Source of the DNA: an uncultured Gemmatimonadaceae bacterium
Lineage (GTDB): Bacteria; Gemmatimonadota; Gemmatimonadetes; Gemmatimonadales; Gemmatimonadaceae
Direction: 5' to 3'
DNA length: 64,000 bases
NCBI GenBank assembly: GCA_963843845.1
Contig: CAWJMB010000002.1
Span: 3,431,597 to 3,495,596 of the forward strand
Positions 31,054-42,143 of the stretch are shown here, in pieces; within the stretch, counting starts at the first letter, position 1; every line of letters starts with the position of its first letter. A model generated the notes under the pieces. That model was not told the origin of the DNA. It was given only the letters and a program-made list of their open reading frames with translations, and searched no databases. The position numbers and the translations under genes were made by a program.

Positions 31054-31244
31054 GTGCCGGCTCGGCGGCACTGCACGCAGATCGCCTTCGCGCCCAACTC
31101 GTGCTTCAACCGCTGCACCCACGACCCGTGCAAATGTCGCTGACACAGAATCCGCCGACACCGCTCGCAGACCCCGCCGCTCACGAGATCGATCCGTACG
31201 TCGCACGCGTCGCACTCGGTGCCGAGGTCGGTCTGTCGAAACAT
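31047..31244 (-). CDS. 65-aa Cys-rich zinc-finger microprotein
   Basis: CDAC, CERC, CQRH, CVQC. Confidence 0.7.
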   Translation of the reverse strand: MFRQTDLGTECDACDVRIDLVSGGVCERCRRILCQRHLHGSWVQRLKHELGAKAICVQCRRAGTQ

Positions 31245-31254
31245 GCGCGGGCTC

Positions 31255-32021
31255 ATGCGCGTGGAATCTACGACGCCGCGCGCCTCGCCACGCTCCTCGT
31301 CGCGCTGGCCGCCTGCGGCGGTCGGGGCGCCGGGCGCGATACGACCGACGCGAGTCCGCGCGCCGGCGCCGTCACGACCGGCGCCCCGGCGACGTCGCCG
31401 AGCGCCCCGCGCCAGGTCGCCGGCGCGCTCGGTCCGTGCGCGCCGGCCGCGGGACGCGACTCGCTCTGCTTCCGCGCGACGCGCACGTACGACTTCGCGC
31501 GAGATGGCCGCGCGTTCACGGTCACGGTCGACGCGCGCGGCCCTGCGCCGGACTCGATGCGGGTCGCGCTCCGCATCCAGCGCGGCGACACGACCCACTA
31601 CCGTGCCGACTGGTCGACGGCGCTCTACGACAAGTACGATGCCGGCCCCGTCTCGCGCGACTCGTCGCGGCGGCGCGTCGAACACCACCTCACTCGGCTG
31701 CTCGCGGACAGCGCGTTCCGCCCTGCGCGCGCGCTCCTCGGCGGCGCGAGCGACGTCGACCGGACGCTGCGCGAGGTCGTCGAGTTCGACGTCGCGGTCG
31801 ACGGCGAGCGGCAGCGGCGTGGACTCTCGCCGGCCGACACGCTGCCGACCGCGGCCGCCGGCTCGCCGCGGCTCGTGAACGACACGGCCCGCGTGCGCGC
31901 CCTCGTCGCCGAGCTGCGCGACGCGCCGGCGTTCCGCTACTACGCCGGCGGCGAGGCGACGTACGCCGTCGCGTGGAGCGCGGCCGAGCGCCGGTTCGTC
32001 GTGGTCCTGGCCTGCTGCTGA
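31255..32021 (+). CDS. hypothetical lipoprotein (start or early frameshift uncertain)
   Basis: Lipobox LAAC; C-terminus FRYYAGGEATYAVAWS...ACC. Confidence 0.6.
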
Positions 32022-32031
32022 GGCGCCGCCG

Positions 32032-32358
32032 ATGCCCTACGACGCCGCACTCGCCGAGCGCGTCGCCGCCGCCTTCGAACGGGTCGGCCACGCGCACGCG
32101 CGCCAGAAGAACGTCTTCGGCGGGCGCGGCTTCATGCTCGGCACGTCGGCCGCCGTGATCGTGTGGGACGAGCGGCTGATCGTGAAGACGACGCCCGCCG
32201 AGTATCAGGACGCGCTCGCCCAGCGCGGCGTCGTGCCGTTCGCGCCCGGCGGGGAGCGGCCGATGGGCACGTGGGTCGTCGTCGACGCGGAGGTCATCGC
32301 GGACGATCCCGAGCTGGCGGAATGGGTGGCGCGCGGGGTGCGAGCCGTCAGGCGTTAG
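32032..32358 (+). CDS. TfoX/Sxy N-terminal domain protein
   Basis: [30 protein letters not shown]. Confidence 0.82.
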   Translation: MPYDAALAERVAAAFERVGHAHARQKNVFGGRGFMLGTSAAVIVWDERLIVKTTPAEYQDALAQRGVVPFAPGGERPMGTWVVVDAEVIADDPELAEWVARGVRAVRR

Positions 32359-32406
32359 GCACCGGCGGGCGACGGGTCGCCCCCGATGCCTGACGCTCGA
32401 CGCGCC

Positions 32407-33550
32407 CTACATCTCCCACGGCAGCTCCGCCCGTCCGAAGTGCCCGTAGTTCGTCGTCGTTCGGTAGATCGGCCGCCGCAGGCCGAGCCGCTCGGCGATC
32501 GCGTTCGGGCGGAAATCGAAGTTCGCGAGCACGTACGCCTCGGCGGCGCGCGCGTCGCCCGTGCCGAACGTGTCGACGCGCACCGACACCGGCTCGGCGC
32601 GCCCGATCGCGTACGCCACCTGCACCTCGGCGCGGCGCGCGAGCCCGGCCTTCACGACCTGCCGCGCGACGTAGCGACCGAAGTACGCGCCCGGAGCGGT
32701 CGACCTTCGACGGGTCCTTCCCGCTGAACGCGCCTCCGCCGTGGCGGCCCATGCCACCGTACGAGTCGACGATGATCTTGCGACCCGTCACTCCGGCGTC
32801 GGCGGACGGGCCACCGATCGCGAACGTCCCCGTCGGGTTGACGAGGATCTCGATGCCGTCGTGATGCCAGGCGCCTAACGCGCGCGGCGCGAGATCGTGC
32901 GCCACGTACTCACGAATCTCGGCCTGCGACACCTCGGGCGCGTGCTGCGTCGAGACGAGCACGGTGCGCACCGCCTTCGGCTCGTTCCCCGCGTACTCGA
33001 CCGACACCTGCGTCTTCGCGTCGGGACGCAGCCAGCCGCGCCGCCCCGCCTTGCGGTCCTCGGCGATCGTGCGCGACAGCCGGTGCGCGAGGAGGATCGG
33101 GAGCGGCATCAGCTCCTCGGTCTCGTCGGTCGCGTAGCCGAACATGATCCCCTGATCGCCCGCGCCGCCGGTGTCGACGCCCTGCGCGATGTGCGCCGAC
33201 TGCTTCGAGAGCAGCGACGTGATCGTGACGCCCTTCGCGTGGAACGCCTCGGCCGCGTCCACGTAGCCGATCTCCTCGATCGCGTCGCGCACGATCCGCT
33301 CGTAGTCGACGTTCGTGGCAGCCGACGTGATCTCGCCGGCGAGCACGACGTGGCCGTCCTTCACGAGGACCTCGCACGCGACGCGCGCGCTCGGGTCCTG
33401 CGCGAGGTGCGCGTCGAGAATCGAGTCGGCGATGAAGTCGCACACCTTGTCGGGGTGCCCTTCGCTCACGCTCTCCGACGAAAAGATGTAGGTCGCGACG
33501 GGGGCGTCGAGGACGAGCGGGGCGTGCTCGGAGTACGCGGTGGTGGACAT
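32407..33550 (-). CDS. metK: methionine adenosyltransferase; frameshift near 32693
   Basis: [46 protein letters not shown]. Confidence 0.96.
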
Positions 33551-33632
33551 CGAGAGCGGAGGCTGAAGAGAGGGGCCGCGCGTCCCGGAACGACGAACGG
33601 CCCGCGAGTGTGATCGCGGACCGTGGGGTGCG

Positions 33633-33704
33633 CGACTTAGACGGGTGTGAGCCGAACGCAGCGGTCCGGTCGCGCGGCCCGTCAAATCGGGGAAATCGCC
33701 GCGC
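33633..33704 (-). ncRNA. SAM-II-like riboswitch candidate (H-type pseudoknot) in the metK leader
   Basis: P1 GCGCGGC/GCCGCGC; loop starts GAUUU; loop CGAUUUGACGG pairs with downstream CCGUC(U)AAGUCG. Confidence 0.65.
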
Positions 33705-33711
33705 AGTGGTG

Positions 33712-33740
33712 AGTGTAGCGGCGGCCAGCGGTTCGGTCAA
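33712..33740 (-). promoter_or_regulatory. sigma70 promoter of metK
   Basis: TTGACC-17 nt-TACACT, a few nt before the pseudoknot. Confidence 0.8.
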
Positions 33741-33816
33741 ACGGGCCGCGCACTGTGGCGCCGGCGCGACAGCCGCGCATCTTCTCGGCGTGCTCTCGCC
33801 ACCGCTCACTCGCTCG

Positions 33817-36800
33817 ATGACCCGGCCGATGACTCGCCTCACACTCGCCGTCGCCGCACTCGCCGTCGCCGCGCTCGCGACGCGCCCCACGCGAACGCTC
33901 GCGCAGCCGGCCGCGCGCGACCCGCAGCAGGAGGGGCTGCCGCTGCGTCCGACGCGCACGCTCGACGTTCACGACCCGCACCGGCCAGTGGATGTCGCTC
34001 GACGTCTCGCCGGACGGACAGACGCTCGTCTTCGACCTGCTCGGCGACCTCTACACGATGCCGATCGCCGGCGGCAAGGCGACGCGCGCTCACGCGCGGC
34101 ATGGGCTTCGACGCGCAGCCGCGCTTCTCGCCCGGACGGCAGGAAGCGTGCTGTTCGTGAGCGACCGCGACGGCGGCTGGAACCTGTGGACGATCTCGCT
34201 CGACAAGCGGGACACGGTGCAGCTCACGCGCGGCAAGACGAACGCGTACTACTCGCCGACGTGGACGCCCGACGGCAAGTACATCGTCGCGACGCGCGGC
34301 ACGAAGCTGTGGCTGTACAGCGCGGAGGGCGGCACCGGGCAGCAGCTCGTACGCGCCGGTGCCGAACGCCGGGCGGCGCGCCTGGCCGCGGCAGGCCCGG
34401 CGACAACAGCCGGCAGCTGGGCGCCGCCGTCGAGCCGCGACGGCCGCTGGGTGTGGTTCGCGCAGCGCGCCGGCACCTCCGGCTACAACACGATGATGGG
34501 CGACTGGCAGCTCTACGCGTACGACCGGGAGAGCGGGCGCGCGGCGCGCGCACGCAGCGCTGGGGCTCCGCGTTCCGCCCCGCGCTCTCGCCCGACGGGA
34601 AGTGGCTCGTCTACGGCTCGCGCTACGTCGACTCGACGCGCCTCCGCATCCGCGACCTCGACACGGGCGACGAGCGGTGGCTCACGCGCGCGGTGCAGCG
34701 CGACGACGCAGGAGTCGTCGCGCGTCGCTCGACCTGTACCCCGGCATGGCGTTCACCCCCGACTCGAAGTTCCTCGTCGCGACGTGGAACGGCCGGCTGT
34801 GGAAGCAGCCCGTCGACGGCGGCGCGGCCGACGGAGATCCCGTTCGAGGTGGACGTCGCGCAGCCGGTCGGGCCGCGGGTGGAGTTCGACGTACCGCGTC
34901 GCCGACTCGTCGACGTTCGTCGTGAAGCAGATCCGCGACGCGGTGCCGTCTCCCGACGGCCGGCGGCTCGCGTTCGTCGCGCTCGACCGGCTGTACGTGA
35001 TGGACATGCCGGCGCCGACCGACTCGGCGCCGCGCACGCCGCGCCGCCTCACCGACCTGCGGCGAGGTCGGCGAGTTCGAGCCGACGTGGAGCCCCGACG
35101 GCCAGTGGCTCGCGTACACGACGTGGTCCGACGCGACCGGCGGCGCGTTGTACAAGGTGCGCACCGACGGCCGCACGCCGCCGCAGCGCCTCACGCACCG
35201 CCGGCGCCTACTATGCCGAGCCCGCGTGGTCGCCCGACGGTCGCCGCATCGTCGCCGTGCGCGCGTCGAACCGCTCGTTCGACGAGACGCTCGCGCGCGG
35301 CATCGGCGAGACCGACGACCTCGTGTGGATTCCGGCGGCCGGCGGCGCCGCGACGCTCATCGCGCCGAGCGGCGAGTACAGCAACCCGCACTTCACGCGC
35401 GACACGACGCGCATCTTCGTCTACCGGCAACGGCGCGGCTCGCGTCGATGCGCTGGGACGGCACCGACATCAGGACGCACGTGCGCGTGACGGCGCGCCT
35501 CGGCCGGGCGCGGCGGCGGCGGGCCGGCGGCCGGCAGTCCGGCGACGCGTCGTGCTCATGTCGCCGAGCGGCGAACAGGCGCTCGCGCAGGTCGGCAGCG
35601 ATCTGTTCGTCGTGACGATCCCGACGGTCGGCGGCACGGAGCCGACGATCACCGTGGGCGGCACCGGCGACGCGACGTTTCCGGCGCGGCGCCTCACCGA
35701 CATCGGCGGGCAGTTCCCGAGCGTGGTCGCGCGACGGCACGCGCGTCCACTGGTCGATCGGCAACGCGCACGCCGTCTACGACCTCGCCCGCGCCCGCGC
35801 CTTCGACGACTCGGTGCGCGGCGTCGCCGCGGCGCGGCGCGGCCGACGGCGTGCGGCCGCGACCGCGGCCGCGGCGACGCCGCACGCCGCGCGTTCAGGC
35901 CGTTCGAGTTCCGCATGCGCGTGACCGCGCACGCGCGACACGCCGCGCGGCGTCGCGGTGCTGCGCGGCGCGCGCGTCGTGACGATGCGGGGGGACGAGG
36001 TCATCGAGCGCGCGCGACATCGTCGTGCGCGACAACCGCATCGTCGCCGTCGGCGCGCAGCGGCAGCGTCGACGGTGCCTGACGACGCGCGCGTCATCGA
36101 CGTCGCGGGAAAGACGATCATCCCCGGCTTCGTGGACACGCACGCGCACCTGCGGCCGGCGTACGAAGTGCACCGCGGCCAGGTGTGGTCGTACGCCGCG
36201 AACCTCGCCTACGGCGTGACGACGGCGCGCGACCCGCAGACGTTCACGACCGACGTGCTGACCTACGAGGATCAGGTGGCGGCGGGCAACGTACTGGGCC
36301 CGCGCATCTACTCCACCGGCCCGGGCATCTTCGGCGCCGGCAACGCGAACGGCGTGAACCTCCGCACGCTCGACGACGCGCGCACCGTCGTGCGCCGTTA
36401 CCGCGACTACTACGACACGAAGACGCTGAAGCAGTACGGCGTCGGCAACCGCGAGCAGCGCCAGTGGCTCATCCAGGCGGCGCGCGAGGCGGGGATGATG
36501 CCGACGCTCGAGGGGGGGCTCGACTACCGCAAGAACATCACGGAGATCGTCGACTCGTACTCGGGACTCGAGCACACGCTGCCGACGTTCCCGACGCAGG
36601 GCGACGCGCTGCGCCTGCTCGCGTTCTCCGGCACCGTCTACACGCCGACGCTGCTCGTCGCCTACGGCGGCCCGTGGAGCGAGAACTACTGGTACGAGAC
36701 CGAGAACGTGTTCGGCGACCCGAAGCTGCGCCGCTTCACGCCGTGGGCCGAGCTCGAGGGCAAGGTGCTGCGCCGCGGCGGCGGCGGGCAGGCGGGGTGG

Positions 36801-37209
36801 TTCCACCCGTCGCAGTACGTGTTCACGCTGATCGGCGAGCAGGTGCGCGACCTCGTCGCGTTGGGCGGCCGCGTCGGCGTCGGCTCGCACGGCCAGCTCC
36901 AGGGGCTCGGCTATCACTGGGAGCTGTGGAGCATGGGGTCGGGCGGGCTGCCGCGCCACGACGCGCTGCGCGCCGCGACGATCTTCGGCGCCGAAGCGTT
37001 AGGCCTCGAGCGGGACCTCGGCTCGATCGAGCCGGGGAAGCTCGCCGACCTGCTCGTGCTCGACGCGAACCCGCTCGACGACCTGCGCAACTCGAAGGCG
37101 ATGCGCTCGGTGATGAAGAACGGCCGCCTGTACGACGCCGAGTACGCTCGACGAGCAGTGGCCGCGGCAGCGGAAGGCGGGGCGGTTCTACTGGGCGGGC
37201 GATCAGTGA
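33817..37209 (+). CDS. secreted amidohydrolase with N-terminal TolB/PD40-like propeller repeats; many frameshifts
   Basis: MSLDVSPDGQTLVFDLLGDLY, repeated W/SPDG, PGFVDTHAH, GSHGQLQG, GSIEPGKLADL. Confidence 0.88.
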
Positions 37210-37214
37210 TGCGC

Positions 37215-38012
37215 TCAGACGTCGGGGTTCGCGATGTCTCGCCCGCGCGCGTCCGCCTGCCGCTCGGTGACGCGCACGTGCACGCGCCGCTCGGCGGCAC
37301 GCGCGACGAGGGCGTCGAGCGACTCGGCGCTGTCGCGCATCGCCCAGCCTAACGCGAACGGAGCCGGCGCCGTGCGGAGGGCCGTCAGCTGGATGCGGCG
37401 CGCGATGCGTTCGGTGCGGCCGTCGGTCGTGCCGCGCAGCATGACGACGAACTCGTCGTTCGCGAGGCGGATGACCGGCTCGTCGGCGCGTACCTGCCGC
37501 ATGAGGAAGCGAGCCATGCGCACGAGGATGCCGTCCCCCGCGTCGCGCCCGTGCCGCTCGTTGTACGCCGCGAAGTCGTCGACGTCGACGTACAGGCACG
37601 CCCACCCGTCGTCCGGCCGCCGCTCGACGTCGCGCGCGAGCAGGTCGAGCTGCCCGCGCCCGAACGCGCCGGTCAGCTCGTCGCGCTGCGACACCCGCGC
37701 GTCGCCCGCCTCGCCCGCCTCGCGCGGCGCGGCGCCGAGCGTGCCGAGCTGATAGGTGCGCCCGCCGGCGTCGTACGGCGCGAGCACGGAGGTGGTCACG
37801 CCGCGCGCGTCGGCGCCGGCGAGCAACGTCGCCAACGGCTGCCCGACGACGTCGGCGACCGACGCCGCGCCGACGAGCGACGCGAACGCCGGATTCGCGT
37901 CGACCAGGCGTCCGTCGGCGTCCGCGACGTAGAGTCCTCCGCGCAGGTGGCGGACGACCGTGCGCAGCACCTCGGGGTCGTCGAACGACGGGAAGCGGCT
38001 GGAAGTCGGCAT
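37215..38012 (-). CDS. PAS plus degenerate GGDEF domain protein
   Basis: DANPAF, RDELTG, YVDVDDFAAYNERHG...GD; signature reads RLANDEF. Confidence 0.85.
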   Translation of the reverse strand: MPTSSRFPSFDDPEVLRTVVRHLRGGLYVADADGRLVDANPAFASLVGAASVADVVGQPLATLLAGADARGVTTSVLAPYDAGGRTYQLGTLGAAPREAGEAGDARVSQRDELTGAFGRGQLDLLARDVERRPDDGWACLYVDVDDFAAYNERHGRDAGDGILVRMARFLMRQVRADEPVIRLANDEFVVMLRGTTDGRTERIARRIQLTALRTAPAPFALGWAMRDSAESLDALVARAAERRVHVRVTERQADARGRDIANPDV

Positions 38013-38192
38013 GCGCGGAATGTGCGGTCGGGACCGGGGCGGCGCGAGGGCCGGAGACCCGCCGCCGCGTCCGCTGCTCTCCCTCCACATTCCCGGGTCC
38101 GGATCACCGGAAGAACGGCGGAACGGGCCTCTCGTCGGATGCCGGCATGACCGTTGCCCCTGGTCGAGATCTACCTCACGAGGAGCACCCGC

Positions 38193-38519
38193 ATGTCCGA
38201 CAAGAGCCGCTACACCGACGACGGCGACCGCCCGAACGATCCGCGCCGCGGGTTCGGCGACGACATGGGGACGCGCGTCGGGCGCCCCGACGGTGCGCAC
38301 GAGGCGCCGCACGACGCCTCGACCGGCGCGCCGCCCGGCCACACGAGCACGAACACCGAGGCCGTCGCTGACGGACTCGAAGGCTCGATCGAGGACGGCG
38401 AGGGCAGCGAGCAGCGCCGCGTGCAGCGCGCGTCGGTCGAGGACGCCGGCGGCGACAGCGGCAGCGATGTGAACCCCGACCCGGTCGCAGGGAACGCGCG
38501 GCCGACCTACGAGCTCTGA
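38193..38519 (+). CDS. small acidic, low-complexity hypothetical protein
   Basis: GAGGAG RBS before MSDKSRY; D/G/E-rich. Confidence 0.6.
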   Translation: MSDKSRYTDDGDRPNDPRRGFGDDMGTRVGRPDGAHEAPHDASTGAPPGHTSTNTEAVADGLEGSIEDGEGSEQRRVQRASVEDAGGDSGSDVNPDPVAGNARPTYEL

Positions 38520-38527
38520 GCGCACCG

Positions 38528-38743
38528 ATGCCGACGACTCCTGACCGTCCCGACGACGCCGTCAAACCGACCGGTGCCGGCAACGAAGCCGCGGCCGGTA
38601 TGCGCGCGACACGAGAATCCGACGACGAGCGCCCCGGCTCCGAGCCGCTCGACCGCGACCGCGAGCACACGAGCGGCTACGGCGGCGAGGGAGGCGCGCC
38701 GCGCACGAGCTCCGACACCCGCGAGCCGCACAACCCGACCTGA
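38528..38743 (+). CDS. small hypothetical protein (71 aa)
   Basis: Starts 8 nt after the previous stop; contains EHTSGYGGEGGAPRTSSD. Confidence 0.55.
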   Translation: MPTTPDRPDDAVKPTGAGNEAAAGMRATRESDDERPGSEPLDRDREHTSGYGGEGGAPRTSSDTREPHNPT

Positions 38744-39078
38744 GCGCGCGTCGCGCTTGACGCCGACGGCCGGCGCGAGCGATCATCGAACGACGTCGCC
38801 CTGCGCGGCCATCAGGAGATTCCTGGGGCCGCGCTTCGTTCACCCGCGCTCATGCCGCGCTCTCGCTCGAGCTCGTCCGCACGCCGATCCTCACACGGCG
38901 GGTGGCGATCGTCGTTCACAGGATCGGCGAGGCATGCGCCGCCGCACGGTGGGGTCGGTCCGGCGGGGTCGGAACGGCGCAGCAGCGCTGGCGGTGAGGC
39001 GCCGTATCGCCCGCGCGGTCACGGGGTATCGTCCCCGCCGGACCGACGCCGCGGTCCCGACCCCGACGTGAGCCGAGC

Positions 39079-40413
39079 ATGAACAGTCCGATCGTAGTTC
39101 AGACGTGCGACGACTGCGGCCATGAGCTCGACGAGCTCGACCCGCGCATCGGGTGCCCGGCGTGCGGCGGCCTGCTCACCCTCCACGTCCCGCTCCCCGT
39201 CGACCGCGGCCCCTCCCTCCGCGCCCGCTTCGACGCGCGCCTCGACGACGCGCGCCCATCCTACGTCGCCAGCGGCCGGGCAGCCGCGCGCGCCTCCGGC
39301 GTCTGGCGCTTCCGCGAGCTCGTTCTCCCGACCGTCGACGACGACGCCATCGTCAGTCAGCCCGAGGGGAACACGCCGCTCTTCGCCCGCCCCGCGGTCG
39401 CGCGTTGGGCCGGCGTCGACGCGCTGCTGCTGAAGCACGACGGCCACAATCCGAGCGCGTCGTTCAAGGACCGCGGCATGAGCGTCGCGATCACCCAGGC
39501 GCGGCGCGTCGGCGCGCGCGCCGTCGCCTGCGCCTCGACCGGCAACACCTCGGCGTCGCTCGCCGCCTACGCGGCGCTCGCCGGCCTTCCCGCGCTCGTG
39601 TTCGTGCCGTCGACGAACGTCGCGTTAGGCAAGCTGGCGCAGACGTTGGGCTACGGCGCACGAACGCTGCTCGTGCGCGGCGACTTCGACGACTGCCTGC
39701 GCCTCGTGCGCGGCGGCGCCGAATCGTTAGGCATCTATCTCGCGAACTCGGTGAACCCGTTCCGGATCGCCGGACAGCAGAGCTGCGCACTCGAGATCGT
39801 GCAGCAGCTCGGCTGGGACGCGCCCGACTGGATCGCGCTGCCGGCCGGGAACCTGGGCAACACGTCGGCGTTCGGCGCGGGGCTGCGGCGGGCGTATGAC
39901 GCGGGGCTCATCGCGCGGATCCCGAGGCTGCTCGCCGTGCAGGCCGCGGGCGCGGCGCCGTTCGCGCACGCGTTCCGCGAATCGTTCGCCGAGCGGCGGC
40001 GCGTGAAGGCGGAGACCATCGCGACGGCGATCAAGATCGGCGACCCGGCGAGCTGGGACCGCGCTCGCCGCGCGCTGCACGACACGCACGGGATCGTCAC
40101 CGACGTGAGCGACGACGACATCCTCGACGCGAAGGCCGCGATCGACGCGGCGGGGATCGGCTGCGAGCCGGCGAGCGCGGCGAGTGTCGCCGGTGTGCGC
40201 CGGATGGTGCGCGAGGGCATCGTGCGGCGGGACGAGCGCGTCGTCGCCGTGCTCACCGGACACGTCCTCAAGGATCCGGGCGCGCTGCTCGACTACCACG
40301 CGGCCGGCAGCGCGCGCCCGGCGGGCACCCGGCCGCTCGCGAACCCGCCGATCGAAGTCGACCCGTCGCTCGACGCCATCGCTCGCGTGCTGGACCGCGA
40401 GACGCGCGCGTGA
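39079..40413 (+). CDS. thrC: threonine synthase
   Basis: EGNTPL, NPSASFKDRG, CASTGNTSAS, PAGNLGN, EPASAAS; N-terminal CxxC..CxxC. Confidence 0.93.
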   Translation: MNSPIVVQTCDDCGHELDELDPRIGCPACGGLLTLHVPLPVDRGPSLRARFDARLDDARPSYVASGRAAARASGVWRFRELVLPTVDDDAIVSQPEGNTPLFARPAVARWAGVDALLLKHDGHNPSASFKDRGMSVAITQARRVGARAVACASTGNTSASLAAYAALAGLPALVFVPSTNVALGKLAQTLGYGARTLLVRGDFDDCLRLVRGGAESLGIYLANSVNPFRIAGQQSCALEIVQQLGWDAPDWIALPAGNLGNTSAFGAGLRRAYDAGLIARIPRLLAVQAAGAAPFAHAFRESFAERRRVKAETIATAIKIGDPASWDRARRALHDTHGIVTDVSDDDILDAKAAIDAAGIGCEPASAASVAGVRRMVREGIVRRDERVVAVLTGHVLKDPGALLDYHAAGSARPAGTRPLANPPIEVDPSLDAIARVLDRETRA

Positions 40414-41410
40414 CGTCCGTGACGTCGGTGAGGTCGGCGGCGGCCATGACGTCCGCTCGCGTTCGCGTCCCCTGCTCGACGAGCAACCTCGGCGCCGGCT
40501 TCGACTGCGTGGGCGTGGCGCTCGATCGGTGGCTCGACGCGTCGGTCGCGCCGAGCGAGCGGGGCGCGGGGATGACGATCGCGCGGGAGGGGACGCTCGC
40601 CCGACTCGCCCACATGCCGCCGGCGCGCGACCATCTCGTGACCGGCTTCCGCCGCGCCTGCGAGTATCGAGGCGGTACCATCCCGCCGGACCTCGCGTTC
40701 GTCGTCCGCTCCGAGATCCCCGTCGCGCGCGGACTCGGCTCGTCGGCGGCGTCGCTCGTGGCGGGGGCGCTGCTCGCCGACGCGGCGCTCGGGCTCGGCC
40801 TCGCGAGCGACGACGTCGTGGCGATCGGGGCGTCGGTCGAAGGGCACCCGGACAACGTCGCGCCGATCGTCCTCGGCGGAGCGATCCTCGCGGTGCCGGC
40901 GGGCGCGCTCGGGGCTGGTAGGCCGGCGGCAGCCGCCCCCGCGCGGCCGGTGCCTATCGGTGCGTGCCGCTCGAGGTGCATCCGTCCATCGCGTTCGCGC
41001 TCGTCGTCCCCGACTTCGAGACGTCGACCCGGCGAGCGCGCGCCGCGCTTCCCGCGTCCGTGCCGCATCACGACGCAGTCGTCGCAGCAGGCAAGAGCGC
41101 CGCGCTCGTCAGCGGGCTGGCGACCGGTGACGCGACACTCCTCGCACACGCGCTCGATGATGTGCTCCACGTCCCGTATCGCCGCGCGCTCGTGCCGGGG
41201 TACGATGCGGTCGTCGCCGCCGCGATCGCCGCCGGCGCGTTCGGCGCGACGCTGAGCGGATCGGGCTCGACGGTGCTCGCGCTCGCCCCGCCGGACCGTC
41301 TGGAGACAGTCGTCCTCGCCATGTGTGACGCTTGGGTGACGCTCGGCACGCATGCTGACGGCGCCGAAGCGCACGTCGCGCCTGGCGCCTCCTCGCTCCC
41401 CGTCCCATGA
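40410..41410 (+). CDS. thrB: homoserine kinase; frameshift near 40960
   Basis: STSNLGAGFD, IPVARGLGSSAA, EGHPDN, LHVPYR, LSGSGST. Confidence 0.92.
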
Positions 41411-42123
41411 CCGACTTCATCCATCGCTTCGAGGCCTCGACCACCGAGGCAGCCGACCGGACCGTCACCTTTCTCGCGCTGCACGGCACCGGCGGCAACG
41501 AGAACGACCTCGTCTCGATCGTGCGGCTCATCGCGCCCGGCGGTGCGGTGCTCAGCCCGCGCGGCCAGGTCTCCGAGCACGGCGCGAACCGTTTCTTCAA
41601 GCGCTTCGCCCACAACGTCTTCGACGTCGACGACCTCAAGGCGCGCACCGACGACCTGCTCGCGTTCGTCGACCTCGCCTGCGACCGCTACCGTCGCGAC
41701 CGCTCGCGCGTCATCGCCGTCGGCTTCTCGAACGGCGCGAACATCGCCGCGAGTCTCCTCATGCGGCACCCGGGCTCGCTCGCCGGCGCGATCCTGCTCC
41801 GTCCGACCGTCCCCTACGAGCTCGACGAGGCCCCGCCGCCTCCCGCCGTCCGCCCGCGCGTCGTCGTCATCGCCGGCAGTCTCGACCCACTCATCGACGA
41901 CGGCGTCCCGGCACGTCTCGTCGAGCTGCTGCAGATGGCCGGGTGCGAGGCCCGACTCGCCTGGTCGCCGATCGGCCACACGATCGCCCCGCGCGACATC
42001 ACCATCGGCAAGGAGCTGGTCGCGTCGGTGCTCGACGCGCTGCCGAGAGCGCCGGCCGCGTCGGCGATGTGGCCGGCGCCGAGATCGTCGACGGGTCGGT
42101 CGCCGGGTTCGTCGAGCAGCTGA
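41407..42123 (+). CDS. phospholipase/carboxylesterase-type alpha/beta hydrolase
   Basis: LHGTGGNE, LSPRG, GFSNGANIA. Confidence 0.88.
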   Translation: MTDFIHRFEASTTEAADRTVTFLALHGTGGNENDLVSIVRLIAPGGAVLSPRGQVSEHGANRFFKRFAHNVFDVDDLKARTDDLLAFVDLACDRYRRDRSRVIAVGFSNGANIAASLLMRHPGSLAGAILLRPTVPYELDEAPPPPAVRPRVVVIAGSLDPLIDDGVPARLVELLQMAGCEARLAWSPIGHTIAPRDITIGKELVASVLDALPRAPAASAMWPAPRSSTGRSPGSSSS

Positions 42124-42143
42124 CGACGTCACGCACATTCCTC

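Noticed and set aside
29961..32021. 686-aa apparent flippase-lipoprotein fusion
   Set aside because: Read-through after a frameshift near 30445; the flippase-like gene ends at 31053 in another frame.
32407..33550. metK pseudogene or programmed frameshift
   Set aside because: All motifs are intact, there is no slippery sequence, and similar single-base indels occur throughout the window.
38852..39082. 76-aa ORF overlapping the thrC start as a threonine leader peptide
   Set aside because: It has no Thr/Ile codon run and its composition is typical of a spurious GC-rich ORF.
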